Shown piece by piece: positions 12,790 to 25,774 of a stretch of 64,000 bases of DNA (the stretch's first letter is position 1; each line of letters opens with the position of its first letter). Under the pieces are notes generated by a model. It did no database searches. It worked only from the letters and a program-made list of their open reading frames with translations, and was not told the origin of the DNA. A program made the translations under genes and the position numbers. This DNA comes from Hypanus sabinus (Eukaryota). The stretch covers positions 11,346,001 to 11,410,000 of the forward strand of contig NC_082712.1 of assembly GCF_030144855.1 (NCBI RefSeq), read 5' to 3'.

Positions 12790-13325
12790 TCGGAAGCAGT
12801 TTTGGGCCCCTTATCTTAGAAAGGATGTGCTGAAACTGGAGAGGGTTCAAAGGAGGTTCATGAAAATGATTCCAGGATTAAATGGCTTGTCACATTCAGA
12901 GTGTTTAATGTCTCTGGGCCTGTATTCACCAGAATTCATTAGAATGAGGAGTGACCTCATTGAATCCTATCGAATGGTGAAAGGCCTCGATAGAGTAGAT
13001 GTGGAGAGGATGTTTCCTCTGGTGGGAGATTCTAAGACCAGAGGACACAGCCTCAGAATAGAGGGGCATCCTTTTAGAATAGAGATGAGGGGGAATTTCT
13101 TTTGCCAGAGAGTGGTGAATCTGTGGAATCTGTTGCCATAGCAGCTATGGAGGCCGAGTCATTATGTACATTTAAGACAGAGGTTGATAGATTCTTGATT
13201 GGTCATGAAGCGATACGGGGAGAAGGCAGGAGATTGGGGCTGAGAGGAAAATGGGATTGGCCATGATGAAATGGTGGAGCTGATTCGATGGGCCAAATGG
13301 CCAAATTCTGTTCCTATATCTTACA
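12790..13325 (+). mobile_element. CR1 LINE 3' fragment
   Basis: ORF 12827-13141 LERVQRRFMKMIPG...QRVVNLWNLLP, plus 3' UTR. Confidence 0.9.
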
Positions 13326-13609
13326 ATTTTATGCTGACAGAGAGAATGTGCAAACTCCTTAGAGACGGTGATGGTAATTGAACCTGGTTGTTTGTCCCGT
13401 AAAGAGTTGTGCTCTTCACAGCACTATGTGCCACTCCATCTCAACTGGCCCTTTTTCTCACTAATGACAGGGAGATACCACTCCTGCCACAGCAAGAAGT
13501 GAGGTCAACAGCTCATTGTTTCGACGTTACTGTCTGCAGTGTCGCTTATTTCGAGTTCTCCAACTCGAGAGTCAGCAGACCCTCTCTCACCATTGAGATA
13601 GAGAGAGTC

Positions 13610-14525
13610 TTTCTTTCTTTTTAAATCTTTTTAATGATTTTCAAACAAAGCACAGTAACAATAGAAATGCAGAGAGCTTGAGAATACACAGTTAATCAGG
13701 CAGTATATATAACTATAAACTATTGATAACACAAATATATTAAGCCTCCCAAACTCATACTGTATTTGCATAGTAAAAGAAAAAAAAAACCAACAAAAAA
13801 GTAAAAAAAAACTAACTAACTTCAAACTGAACTAACCAAAGCTGGGCTATTATATTATAACAGGTATAAACAGTAGTGTCAATAACTCCACTCCTCTATC
13901 CAAATATTTAAGGGTAATAAAAAAGGTTCGGGAAGGGTCAATTTAGCTCATATGAAAATGTTAAATAAATAGTCTCCAGGTTTCTTCAAATTTAACTGAA
14001 GGGTCAAAAATAACACTTCTGATTTTTTTCTAAATTTAAACAAGATATAGTTTGGAAAAACCATTGGAATGTAGTTGGAGGATTAATCTCTTTCTAGTTC
14101 AATAGAATGGATCTTCTAGCCATTAATGTAACAAATGCAATCATCCAACGAGCTGAAGGGAATAAATAATTGTTATCCATCATTGGTAAGCCAAAAATTT
14201 AATACTCAAAACTGTTGAAATAATACCAAAAATATTTTTCCAGTATTTCTCCAAAAAAGGGCAAGACCAAAACATGTGAGTCAAAGAGTCTACTTTGGAA
14301 TGGCATCTATCACAGATAGGATTAATGTGGGAGTGAAAATGAGCAAGTTTCTCCTTAGACATGTGGGCCCTATGCACCACCTTAAATTGTATCAATGCGT
14401 ATTTGGCACATTTAGAGGAGGAGTTAACTAAATGTAAAATTTTCTCCCATTGCTCTGCAGGTAAGGAAAGTTGAAGTTCTTTTTCCCATTCATTCTTAAT
14501 TTTATCTGATACACCTGGCTGTATA
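13610..14525 (-). mobile_element. 5'-truncated L1 LINE (ORF2 Cys-rich C-terminus plus 3' UTR)
   Basis: ORF 14180-14395 IQFKVVHRAH...CDRC...HMFWSC (zf-RVT motif). T-rich tail on + at the left end. ~15-bp TSD GAGATAGAGAG(AG)AGTC at 13595-13609 and 14526-14542. Confidence 0.88.
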
Positions 14526-16799
14526 GAGATAGAGAGAGAGTCATGTCAGAGTAAGAGGGAACAAAAAGATGGTTTGGATTCTATGTAGATTAAAAATTGC
14601 ATGAGAATTTTTGAAAAAATTATTGAACTTAAATTGGGAAAAGTCACCAGGGGCAAAGTCCTAACGTAAATTGATTATGAAAGTATGCATTTATACCTTC
14701 AGATTCATTGTTTGTAGAGGCAAAAAGAAATACCAGAGAACTTATGAAAAACTACACATAAGATGAGCTTTATTTGCCCCATGTACATTGAAATGTACAG
14801 TCCAATGCAGCATTTGTGTTGCAGATGAGCTGGGGGCAGCCTGCAAGTGTTACCACAAGTGTTACCACATAGCAAGCCCACCATGCCCACCATAACAACA
14901 CTGAACACAACAGCAACCAAACGTCAATAGTGAAACAAGCCCCATTCCTCCCTTACACCCACCCACCCACACACATGGACAGTCATCCAACCCCAGGCCT
15001 CCAGTCTCCAGTCTCAGCCCGACCTCAGTGGAAAAAGTCAGTCCGTATAATATAATATAATTAAACTGTCCGTATAATGTATACATCAATCAAACCTCCT
15101 CCCATTCTCCTACACTCCAGGGAGAATGTCCTCAAGCATTCAAACTTTCCCTGTGCATAGCGGACTGATTATTGCCGCAGGCAGGACGAGAAACAATGTG
15201 ACAGATAGAGCGGTTCACAGGAAGGGTCTCAACTCGACCCAAAATACCAACTCTCCATCTCCTTCCAAACCTCACCTTTCCACCTGTCTCCACAGATGCT
15301 GTCTGACCTGATCAATTCCTGCCACATTGGACACCCACCAACACGATTACAGACAGAACCACTCCGGGAATACTTTACAGTGGGAGTGAGGAGAGTGGCC
15401 TCCGTCGATCAGTGTTCATATATACACAGAAAGGTGCCATTAAAGGCCAGGTAACATCATGAATGATCTCACTCCCACCCCCTCTCGCTCATGGACTGTT
15501 TGTCCCACTCCCATCAGCACCACACCAGGACCACCAGACTCAAAAACAGTTACTTTGCCCAAGCAGCAAGTCTGATCAACCCCTCCCCTCTCCACACCCC
15601 TACCACCACCTCTTCATCATTTCCTGACAGTCACCTTATGTACACACTCTCCTGTGCCTCATGTCACTTTATGGACACACAATTGATCTGTGTATAGAAA
15701 CTATCTTATGTGTTTATACTTATCTTGTGTATTTTTTGTATTATCTCAGTGTTTTTTCGAGTTGCTTCGAACCCCGAGTAACAACTATTTCATTCTCCTT
15801 TACACTTGTCTACTGGAAATGAAATGAAACAATTTGAATGTTGAATGTTGAATCTGGGGTTCCTGCAGTGTGTTTTGTTTCCAGCATCTGCAGTCTCCTG
15901 TGCCCCCGTGATGATGGTCACACTGCCTTCGGTGAAACCCCGGACACTAACTCTTCCTGTGTCCAGTTACCTGCAGGACCTCTTCCTCCTGGTCAGTTCT
16001 CTCCCCCTCCAGTCCCGTACTTTATGGTCTCTTTCCCTTTGACCTCACCCACTAATTGCAATTGCCAGATCCATGTATCTTATCCCTGTTCACTCCAGGA
16101 ATTGGACCGTAAGGTCACAAGATATAGGAGCAGAATTAGGCCATTCGGTCCATCGAGTCTGTTCCACCATTCCATTATGGCTGATTTAGTTTCCCCCTCA
16201 ACCCCATTTTCCTGTCCTCTCTCCATAACCTTTGATACACTTCCTAATGAAGAAACTATCAGACTCCGTTTCAAATATACGCAGTGACTTGACTTCCCAC
16301 GGTCGTCTGTGGCGATAAATTTCACAGAATCACGACTGTCTGGCTGAAGAATGTCTGATACCAGAGGGTGTGTGATTCAGCTGGGAGGGGGTAAGTTCAA
16401 AGGGGGTGTGGGCACAAATTTATCTTTACAGAGAGAGTGGTGGGTGTGCAGAACGCACTGCCGGGGTTGGGGGGGGGGCGGGGGAGACAGATTCCGTAGA
16501 GGCGTTTAAGAGACTCTTGGACTGATGCATGAATTGTGGTTTGGGATATAGACTTAGTGTAGCAGAAACAGTTAGTTGGTTTAGTTGGTTCTCCCCAACT
16601 TCCTCACACCCATGCACCTATCCAAACGTCTCTTAAAAGCCTCCAATGTATTTGCCTCCACCATCCTACCAGGGAGGGCATTCCAGGCACCCATCACCCT
16701 CTGAGTAAAAAAACTTACCCCCCATGGCCCCCTTGACCCTACCCTCCTTTCACCTTCAATGCCCTCTGGTATTGGACACTTCAACCCTCACCTTAACCC

Positions 16800-16995
16800 T
16801 AATGTCGGCAGATCAAGCAGCATCTCGTGAAAAGAGCCCAGAGTCAACGTTTCGAGCCGAGACCCTTCTTCAGGATCAAAATGAAAGGGACTCGGCCTGA
16901 AACATCGACTGTTCACTCCCCTCCTGCCCGGCCTGCTGAGTGCCTCCAGCATTTTGTGTGTGTTGCTCTGGACTTGCAGAATCTGGTATTTGCAA
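16800..16995. mobile_element. Short Penelope-derived non-autonomous element with two inverted hammerhead-like motifs
   Basis: Minus strand 16841-16877 reads gatc-CTGAAGA-agggtctcggctc-GAAACGTT-gact. A degenerate + copy follows. The tail gcctgctgagtgcctccagcattttgtgtg is shared with the PLE end at 28370-28400. Confidence 0.75.
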
Positions 16996-17002
16996 ATTAC
17001 TG

Positions 17003-17072
17003 CAGGACTGTGCAAAAGTCTTTGGCACCAAGCTATATATATGTAAGTGCCTAAGACCTTTCCACAGCATCG
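17003..17072. mobile_element. ~70-bp MITE (Tc1/mariner-like TIRs)
   Basis: Inverted arms CAGGACTGTGCAAAAGTCTTTGGCAC and GTGCCTAAGACCTTTCCACAGCATCG around an AT-rich spacer. Confidence 0.65.
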
Positions 17073-17073
17073 T

Positions 17074-17212
17074 ATTTGCATAAAATTTGCTTCCAGTAAA
17101 CGCGAAGAGTTTGTAACTACCGTCATGAGAAAGTGCACTGTGTTTGAAATGACTTCCTGCCAGCTACTAACTTCGACAGTTGCTGAGAATGTTTTTTTTT
17201 TGAGGAAGTGAA
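17074..17212 (+). promoter_or_regulatory. Candidate immune-cell promoter: octamer ATTTGCAT (17074-17081), ETS site ACTTCCTG (17152-17159), PU.1/IRF-type GAGGAAGTGAA (17202-17212)
   Basis: Motifs read directly in non-repeat sequence 90-225 bp upstream of the signal-peptide ATG. Function is inferred. Confidence 0.5.
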
Positions 17213-17298
17213 GCAGCAAATCGAGCAGCTTCTGTATTTCAGCGAGAGAATGAAGAAAGAACTGAAGTGTGAGAGGACTCCACACTGAAGCGCTGGAA

Positions 17299-17359
17299 AT
17301 GCTCTCTCTCCGGGTTTGTCTCTGCACCGTCCTGTTGTCCGTCTCAGTCCGGGGATACA
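17299..17359 (+). CDS. Candidate signal-peptide (leader) exon MLSLRVCLCTVLLSVSVRGY plus 1 nt (phase 1)
   Basis: ATG with a purine at -3, basic-hydrophobic-small residue pattern, and donor ACA|GTAGGT giving a phase-1 intron compatible with all four V exons. Confidence 0.6.
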
Positions 17360-17619
17360 GTAGGTGTTTTCCATTGTCCCCTGTCTCCCCGTTGTCTCTC
17401 TCCTAAAGGCTCGTTTTACTTTGTGGTGCAGCGCGATCTATTTGGACGTTGGTTCTGCCAGTGGAGGGTCGGTGTTGGGACCCTGTCCTTCCCTGAGTGC
17501 TGGGGTGGACTGCCTTCTGGTGACGATGAACCCCAGTACTATTGGGAAGAGACGTCCAAGTTTGATCCCAGTTAAAGGCCGGGCACAATTCCAAGCCTGG
17601 GTGGTGATGAATTTGGAGC

Positions 17620-17700
17620 GAAGCTGTAGTGTGGTGGTTAGCGTGATGCTTTACATTCCCTGTGACCCAGGTTCAATTCTCGCCGCTGTCTGTACGTTCT
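17620..17700 (+). mobile_element. tRNA-derived SINE head
   Basis: A-box-like GTAGTGTGGTGGTTAGCG and B-box-like CAGGTTCAATTCTC, with no tRNA 3' arm. Confidence 0.7.
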
Positions 17701-17949
17701 TCAGTTCTCAATACTATTTGCTTATTTTTATTGTTTTCACGATCTTTCCCCTTTGTACATTGGCTATTCGACGGCCTTCAGAATCAGAATCAAGCTTAAT
17801 ATCACCGACATATGTTGAGAAACTTGTTGACTTTGTTGCGGCAGTACGATGCAATACCTAATAACAGAGAAAAACTGAATCACAGTAAGTGTATATATGT
17901 GTATAAAGTAGTTAAATAATAGCACCAAAACAGAAATAAAGAAGTAATG

Positions 17950-18865
17950 AGGTAGTTTTCAGGGTTCATTGTTCATTCAGAAATCGGATGGCAGAGGGAA
18001 GAAGCTGTTCCTGAATCGCTGAGTGTGTGTCTTCAGGCTCCTGTACCTCCTGCCTGGTGGTAGCAACGAGAACAGGGCATGTCCTGGGTGATGGGGGTCC
18101 TTAATGATGGATGCTGCCTTTCTGAGGCACCACTCCTCGAAGATGTGTTGGAAACTATGGAGGCTGGAGCCCATGATGGCGCCCAGTTACTTTTACAACT
18201 CTCTGCAGATTCCTTCCATCTTATGCTGTAGCCCCCACCCCCCCATTCCAGGCGGTGATACAGCCAGTCAGAATGCTCCCCACCGTACGTCTGTAGAGAT
18301 GGGCGAGTCTTTTGCGTGACATACCAAATCTCCTCAAACTCCTGGTGAAATATAACCGCTGTTGTACCTTCTTTGTAATCACATCGACATGTTGGGACCA
18401 GGTTCAGTCCTCCGATGTTTTGAAACACCCTGGAATTTGAAACTGCTCACTCTCTCCACTTCTGATCCCTTGATGAGGTTTGTGTTCCCTCGTCTTACCC
18501 TTCTGAAGTCCACGGTCAGCTCTTTGGTCTTACTGACGTTGAGTGCAAGGTTGTTGCTGCGACACCACTCCACTAATCGGCATATCTCACTCCTGTACGC
18601 CCTCTCATCACTACCCGAGATTCTACCAACAATGATTGTATTGCCGGCAAATTTATAGATGGTGTTTGAGCTATGCCTAGCCACACAGTCATGGGTGTAG
18701 AGAGACTAGAACAGTGGCTAAAAACACATCCTTGAGGTGCACCAGTGTTGATTGTCAGTGAGCTGGAGATGTTATTAGCAATCTGCACAGATTGTGACAT
18801 TCCAGTTAGGAATTCGAGGATCCAGTTGCAGAGGGAAGTACTGAGGCCCAGGTTCTGTAACTTCT
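17950..18865 (-). mobile_element. L2/Rex1-type LINE RT and 3' fragment
   Basis: ORFs 18379-18684 ([20 protein letters not shown]) and 17977-18174 (THTQRFRNSFFP). Confidence 0.88.
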
Positions 18866-21169
18866 CAATCAGGACTGTAGCAATGATGGGTTCTTTTGGG
18901 TTTCTTTGTTCTGTGGCTGCCTGTAAGGAGACAAATCACAAGGTTGTATAATCTATATATACAATGAACTCTGAACTCTGAACTCACTGTAACCTCATGG
19001 GTTTCCTCCAGGTGCTCTGGTTTTCTCCCACAATCTACTGGTTGGTGGGTTAACTGGTCATTGTGAATTGTCCCGTGATTAGACTTGGGTTGTTGGGCAT
19101 CACGGCTCAAAAGGCCGGAGGGGGCCTATTCTGCATTGTGTCTCAGTTAATGAATATACTTGGGAGGGGAGCCTGCGGGTGGTGGTGTTCACATCCACCT
19201 GATACCCTGATGTGGAGAGGTGGTGGCTGCTGGAATAGCAGGGCGAGTAACTGCGTTGCGTGTTGTAGACGGTGCACACCGCGGCCACTGTGCGCTGGCG
19301 GTGGAAGGAGGGAGTACTGACTGGGTGCTCAAGTGGTCACTGTTGTCCTGGGTTGTGTGATGTTGTAGTTGTACAAGATGTTGGTGAAGACATATTGAAT
19401 ACAGAGTTGGGATGTTATATCGACATTGAATAAGAATAACATAATAATTTATAATACTAAAGAACACAGTAAGTATTAGTACATTAGACAGCTTATATAC
19501 GTGGATTGATTGTATATACATGAAGTTCCATATGAATGACAACTTTACCATTTCCTGTCAGTCACCTGAAGTACAGACACTCCTGAGTCTGGAGTCACTT
19601 TATGGACATAAAGTCTATCTGTCAATCTATATATCAACCTATGTATAGAAACTATCATATGTACAGTGTTTATATTTATTGTGTTATTATTGTGCTCTTT
19701 ACTTTATTGTATTTTTGTGCTGCATTGGATCCAGAGTAACAATGGTTTTGTTCTGCTTCACACTTGTGGCCATCTATTGAACACCAAAAGGATGCAGAGA
19801 ACACTGGACGGTCCAGAACAGTACAGACCCTTCAGCTCTCAATGTTGCTCCATTCTTTTATCCTGCTCCAAGATCAATCTAACCCTTCCCTCCCACATAA
19901 CCCTCCATTTCTCTTCCATCAGTGTGTCTATCTAAGTGTCCATAATGTCTCAGCCTCTACGACCATCAGGATGTTCTGCACACCCACCACACTCTGTCGA
20001 AAACTTACTCCCTATACTTTCTTCCAGTCACCTTAAAATTAGACCCTCTCCTATTAGCCAGTTCTGCTCTGGGAATGTAAGTAACTCTGTCTTGTTGGAC
20101 ATGGTCATAGTTTGACCCCCATCTCAACCTCCTAATGAAGCTGTGTTGTTTATAGAGTCATAGAGAAGTACAGCACTGAAACAGGCCCTTTGGCCCATCT
20201 AGGCCATGCCAAAACTATTTAATCTGCCTTCTCCAATTGACCTGCACTGGGACCATAACCCTCCGTATTCTTTCAGTGTCCCTGTCCAAACTTCTCTTAA
20301 ATGTTGAAATCGATCTCTATGCACAATTTATACTGTCCCCTCATTCCAGTCTCACCACCCTCTGAGTTCCTCTTAAAATTTTCACTTCTCACCCTCTACC
20401 CATGACCTCTGTTTGTAGTCCCACCCATCCTCAGTGGAAAAAGCCTGCTTGCATTTACCCTGTCTGTAAAGGGTGCAAGAACTCCAGGCGTGCGGTTAGA
20501 TCGGGGGAAGCTAAACATTGATGTTTGCAAAACTGTCACAGATTCCACTGAAATGCATTGAAGTGAGAGGTTTCACTGCATGATGGCATTGAGCCCTGGT
20601 TGTAGCCCTTTTAAAAGGCCATTCTGCCCATTGACCTCAGGCTGGCTCCATGCAAAAGCACAAACAGAAAAGATTTGGCAGATGCTGGAAATTCAGAGCC
20701 ACATAAAATGCTGGAGAAACAGCAGATCAGGCAGAATCTATGGAGGGGAATAAACTGTTGAGGTTTTGGGCCAAGACCTTTTGTCAGATTCCATACAGGC
20801 AACTGTGGGAATTGAACCCAGGTCGCTGGCTCTGTAACAGCGTAACTCTAACCGCTGTACTACTGTAGCAACTCGAAATTTTAGAAGGATTTATTATCCC
20901 TCTTCACCCCATTTTCCTGCCTTCTCCACATAACCTTTGATGCCTTTAGAAGTCAAAAACCTATCAACCTCTGCATTAAGTACACCCAATGACAGCCTGC
21001 ACAAACTTCTGTGGCAATAAATTCCACAGATTCAACCCCTTCTGGCTAAAGACATCCCTCCTCATCTCCATTCTAAAGGTACGTCCCTCTAAGCTGAAGC
21101 TGTGCCCTGTGGAGTAACACACAGGAAATGCTGGAGGAATTCAGCAGATCAGCCATCAACTACTGAGAG

Positions 21170-24100
21170 GAATGTACTGTCATCATTTTGGGCTGGAAAG
21201 GACGGGGACAGTCCACAATATCCTGAAATGGGAGGGTGAGCAGCTAGAGGTCGTGGTACATATTGGTACCAATGACAAAGGCAGAAAAAGGGTGGAGGTC
21301 CTAAAGACAGAATACAGGGAGATCGGAAGGGAGCTGGGAAGCAGGAGCTCGAAGATAGTAATCTTGGGATTGCTGCCTGTGCCACACGACAGTGAGTATA
21401 GGAATAGAATGAGATGGAGGATCAATGTGTGGCTGAAGGATTTTTGGATCATTGGGACCTGTTCTGGGGCAGGTATGACCTGTACAAAGAGGACGGGTTG
21501 CACTTGAATCTGAGGGGGACCAATATCCTGGTGGGGAGGTTTGCTAAGGCTTTTGGGGAGGGTTTAAACGAGATTTGCAGGGGGTGGTAACCGAAGTGAA
21601 GCGGCAGAGGATGGGGAGGTTGGAGCACAAGTAGAGACAGTGGTGAGTTTGTGAGGAAGGATGGGCAGATGCACTCAGCCTTTTGGTTTGAGATGTGTCT
21701 ATTTTCATGCAAGGAGTATCATAAAACAATGGGGATTAACTTAGAGTGTGGATCAATACATTGACGTTGTGGCCATTACAGAGACTTGGATGCCTTAGGA
21801 ATAGGAATGGCCGCAGAGTATGCCAGGCTTCAGATGTTTCAAAAAGAACAGAGAGGGAGGCAAAAGAGGTGGGGGCATGACATTGCTAATTAGGGATCGT
21901 GTCATGGCTGCAGAAAAGGAGGAAGTCATGGAGGGATGGTCTACGGAGTTAGTGTGGGTGGAGGTCACAAACAGAAAGGGGCAATAACTCTACTGGGTGT
22001 TTTTATCGACCCTGCAATAGTAATGTGGATACCGAGGAGCAGATAGGGAGACAGATTATTCTAATAATAGGGTTGTTGTGATTGGTGATTTTAACTTTCC
22101 TACTATTGACTGGAATCTCCCTAGAGAGAGGGGTTTAATGGGGTGGAGTTTGTTAGGTGTGTTCAGGAAGGCTTTCTGACACAATATGTAGATAAGCCAA
22201 CGAGAGGAGAGGCTGTACTCGATCTGGTATTGGGAAATGAACCTGGTCAGGTGTCAGATCTCTCGGTGGGAGAACATTTTGGAGGTAATGAGCACAACTC
22301 TGTCTTCTTCACCATAGCGCTGGAGAGGGATAGGAGCAGACAATTTGGGAAAACACGTAATTGGGGTCGGGGGAAATATGATGCTGTTAGGCAGTGTGAT
22401 GAACCCCTAGGTCTATCTTGCCGTGGACTGTCATTTTAAGAGAGAATGCCTGAGTGACGTCAGCCGACAGCTTTCTCAGCTCCTGTTTGATTCTCACTAA
22501 GAGAGAGAGAGGGGCGGAACTATTTGACTCTGCAGCTTGTTTTGATTTAAGTAAGGACACTCACTCACACACAGTCAGTCACAGTTGGAGTCGGACAAGG
22601 GAAGGAAGCCACTGACTAAGGGGTCACTGGTTGGAACTTCCGAGTGCCCACAAGTGTGGGTTGAGCATTGACCCAGCACGTTGATGTGGCTATCACGTTG
22701 TGTGACTGGGGGCAACCTTGTTGAATCTACCTATGTGTTAACCCTTGCCTGGGTGGTAGTTCCCTTTGAAGACGATACCCCTGTGATAAGCTACTTTTGG
22801 TGATAATCTGTAAGTGGATTTGGAAAAACAATGGACAAATCCTATGGCAATTGTTATCTTGTTTTACCACCGTGGAACTCGTGGAATACGACATAAATGC
22901 CCTCTCTCGACATTCACCTTGGATTACAAATCTCTCTCTCACATCATTTAATCTGTGGATGAACTGAACTTTCATACCTCACCATCTCACGATTTTAAGC
23001 CTGGAGCCCCCCCCCACCCCGCCCTCCGAGCTCAGTAGTTTGGGAGTTATATTTACACATATGGATACTCATAATACTGTTAACTTTTGATTATTCTTGT
23101 TTACGTTGTTATATTAAGTAGATACTAATAAAGATAGTGGTTTTAACATCAAAACCAGACTCCAGGCGTGGTCTATTGCTGCTGGTTCATTTAAACTATT
23201 ACAGGTATGTAACAGGCAGGAATTTAGGAGGATAAATTGGGAGGAGATGTTCTCAAGGAAATGCACGGCCAAAATGTGGCAAATATTCAGGGAACATTTA
23301 CATGGAGTTCTGCATAGGTATGTTCCATTGAGGCAGGGAAAGGTTGGTAGGGTTAAAGAACCATGGTGTACAAAGGATGGGGAAAATTTAGTTAAGCAGA
23401 AAAGAAAAGCTTATGAAAGGTTAAGGAAACTAGGTACTGTTAGAGCTCTAGAAAATTCCAAGGTTGCTAGGAAGGAGCTTAAGAATGGAATTAGGAGAGC
23501 CAGAAGGGGCCATGAGAAGGCCTTGGTGATCAGGATTAAGGGAAGCATTCTACAAGTATGTGAAGAGCAAGAGGATGAGCTGTGTGAGTATAGGACCCAT
23601 TAGGTGCGATGGTGGAAACGTGTGCATGGAGAGAGAATGTGCCAGAGCTTTTGAAAAGCATAAAGTTAGATAGGTCACTGGGACTGGATGAGATATAGCC
23701 CAGGCTACTGTGGGAAGTGAGGGAGGAGATTACTGAGCCTCTTGCAATGACCGTGGCATCATCGATAGGAATGGGAGAAGTACCAGAGTATTGGAAGTTT
23801 ACAAATGTTGTTCCCTTGTTCAAGAAAGGGAGTAGAGACAACCTAGGAAAGTATGGACCCAGAGTCTGACTTCAGTGGTGGGCAATTTCCTGGAGAATAT
23901 CCTGAGAGGCAGGATTTATGAGTATTTGGAGAGACATCATCTGATTAGGGATAGTCAGCATGGCTTTGTCAAGGGCAGGTCGTGCCTTACGAGCCTGATT
24001 GAAGTCCTTGAGGATGTAACAAAACACATGGATGAAGGTAGAGCAGCTGATGTAGTGAATATGGATTTCAGTAAGGCATTTGATATGGTTCCCCATGCAG

Positions 24101-25200
24101 AATGTAAGGAGGCATGAGATCCAAGGAGACCTTGATTTGTGGATCCGGAATTGGCTTGACCACAGAAGGCAAAGGGTGACGTAGATGGTCCATGTTCTGC
24201 ATGGAGGTCGGTGGACAGTAGAGTTCCGCCAGGATCTGTACTGGTTTCCGTCCTCTTTGTAATTTTTAAGTGACCTGGATGAAGAAGTAGAAGGATGGGT
24301 TAGAAAGTTTGCTGATGACACAAAGGTTGGAGGTGTTTTGGATAGTGTGGAGGGCTGTCAGAGGCTACAGTGGGAAATTGATAGGATGCAGAACTGGGCT
24401 GAGAAGTGCCATATGGATTTCAACCTGGATAAGTGTGAAGTGGTTCATTTTGGTAGGTCAAATATGATGGCAGAATATAGTATTAATGGTAATTCTTGGC
24501 AGTGTGGAGGATCAAAGAGATCATTGGGTCCGAATTCATAGGATACTCAAAGGTGCTGTGCAGGTTGACAGTGTTGTTAAGAAGGTATATGGTGTGTTGG
24601 CATTTATCAGTTGTCGGATTGAGTTCAAGAGCCATGAGGTAATGTTACAGCGATATAAGACCTGGTCAGACCCTACTTGGAGTACTGTGCTTAGTTCTGG
24701 TCACTTCACTACAGGAAGAATGTGGATAGTAAAGAGATTGTGAAGAGGCCATTTACCAGGATGGTGCCTGGATTTGAGGGCGTACTTTATGAGAATAGGT
24801 TGAGTGATCTTGGCCTTTTCTCCTTGGAGTGACCGAGGATGAGAAGTGACCTGATAGAGGTGTATAAGATGACGAGGGGCTTTGATCTTGGAGATACCCA
24901 GAGGCTTTTGCCCAGGGCTGAAATGGCTAAAACGAGGGGAAATAGTTTTAAGGTGATGTCAGGAGTCAGTTTTTCACACAGGGAGTGGTGAGTGCGTGGA
25001 ATGCACTGTCAGTGGCGGTGATGAAAGTGTACAACAGGGTCTTATAAGAGTCTCTTAGGTAGGTACGTGGAGCTTAGAAAAATAGAGGACTATGCACTAG
25101 GGAAATTCTAGGCAGCGCCTAGAGTAGTTTTCAATGGTCGGTACAACATTGTGGTATGAAGCGCCTGTAATGATCTATACATTTCTATGTTCTGTGTTCT
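21170..25200 (+). mobile_element. Degenerate CR1 LINE (ORF1 esterase, endonuclease, RT, 3' tail), split by a solo LTR
   Basis: VVVHIGTND (21172 ORF), FVRCVQEGFLTQYVDKPTR (22143 ORF), SQHGFVKGRSCLT (23875 ORF), and a TCTATGTTCT-type tail at ~25185. Confidence 0.9.
22395..23214 (+). mobile_element. Solo LTR (820 bp)
   Basis: Starts TGTGA and ends TAACA. Exact 5-bp TSD GGCAG (22390-22394 and 23215-23219). AATAAA at ~23127. The CR1 sequence resumes across it. Confidence 0.88.
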
Positions 25201-25774
25201 AAGACAATATACAAAGGTGGGGGGAGGGGAAGGAGTACAAGATGGTGGTGAGAGGTGAGACCAGGTGAGAGAGAGGGTGTCTGTGTAGGGCAGTGGGATG
25301 AAGTAAGAAGCTGAGAGGTGATTGGTGGAAAAGTAAAGGGCTGAAGAAGAAGGGATCCGATAGGATAGGAGAGTAGACCATGGGAGGAAAGGATGGATAA
25401 GGGGAATCAGAGGGAGGTGATAGGCAGGTCAGGAGAAGAGGAGGGAATATCAGAGAGAAGGGAGAAGAGAGGAGAAATTACCATAACTTGGAGAAATCGA
25501 TGCTGATGCTGTCAGGATGGAGGGCCCCCCCCCCCCCCCCCCCGATGGAATCTGAGATGTTCTTCCACCAAATGACTATAGGAAAGATGCTCTCCATATC
25601 CACTCTACCCAGGCCTATCAATATTCAAACCGACTACAGGAACAATCCTCTCCAATTCCACTCTATCTCGGCCTATCAATATTCAGGTTACCTATCAGGT
25701 TGCAAAGAGATCCCCCCTCAATGACTATAACCTCTTGATTCTTATTCTCGGTGTCCTTTCCCCTCCTCCACCCA

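Noticed and set aside
15838-16287. 149-aa ORF
   Set aside because: Chimera of a repeat tail, a short unassigned stretch and a CR1 3' end, with no recognisable domain or splice pair
17620-17700. Possible tRNA gene (also 20800-20865 and 52390-52470)
   Set aside because: Only A/B-box-like heads are present. They lack a full cloverleaf and continue into SINE body.
17364-17861. 165-aa hydrophobic ORF after the leader
   Set aside because: Runs through a SINE head and L2-type tail, has no domain, and is interpreted as intron
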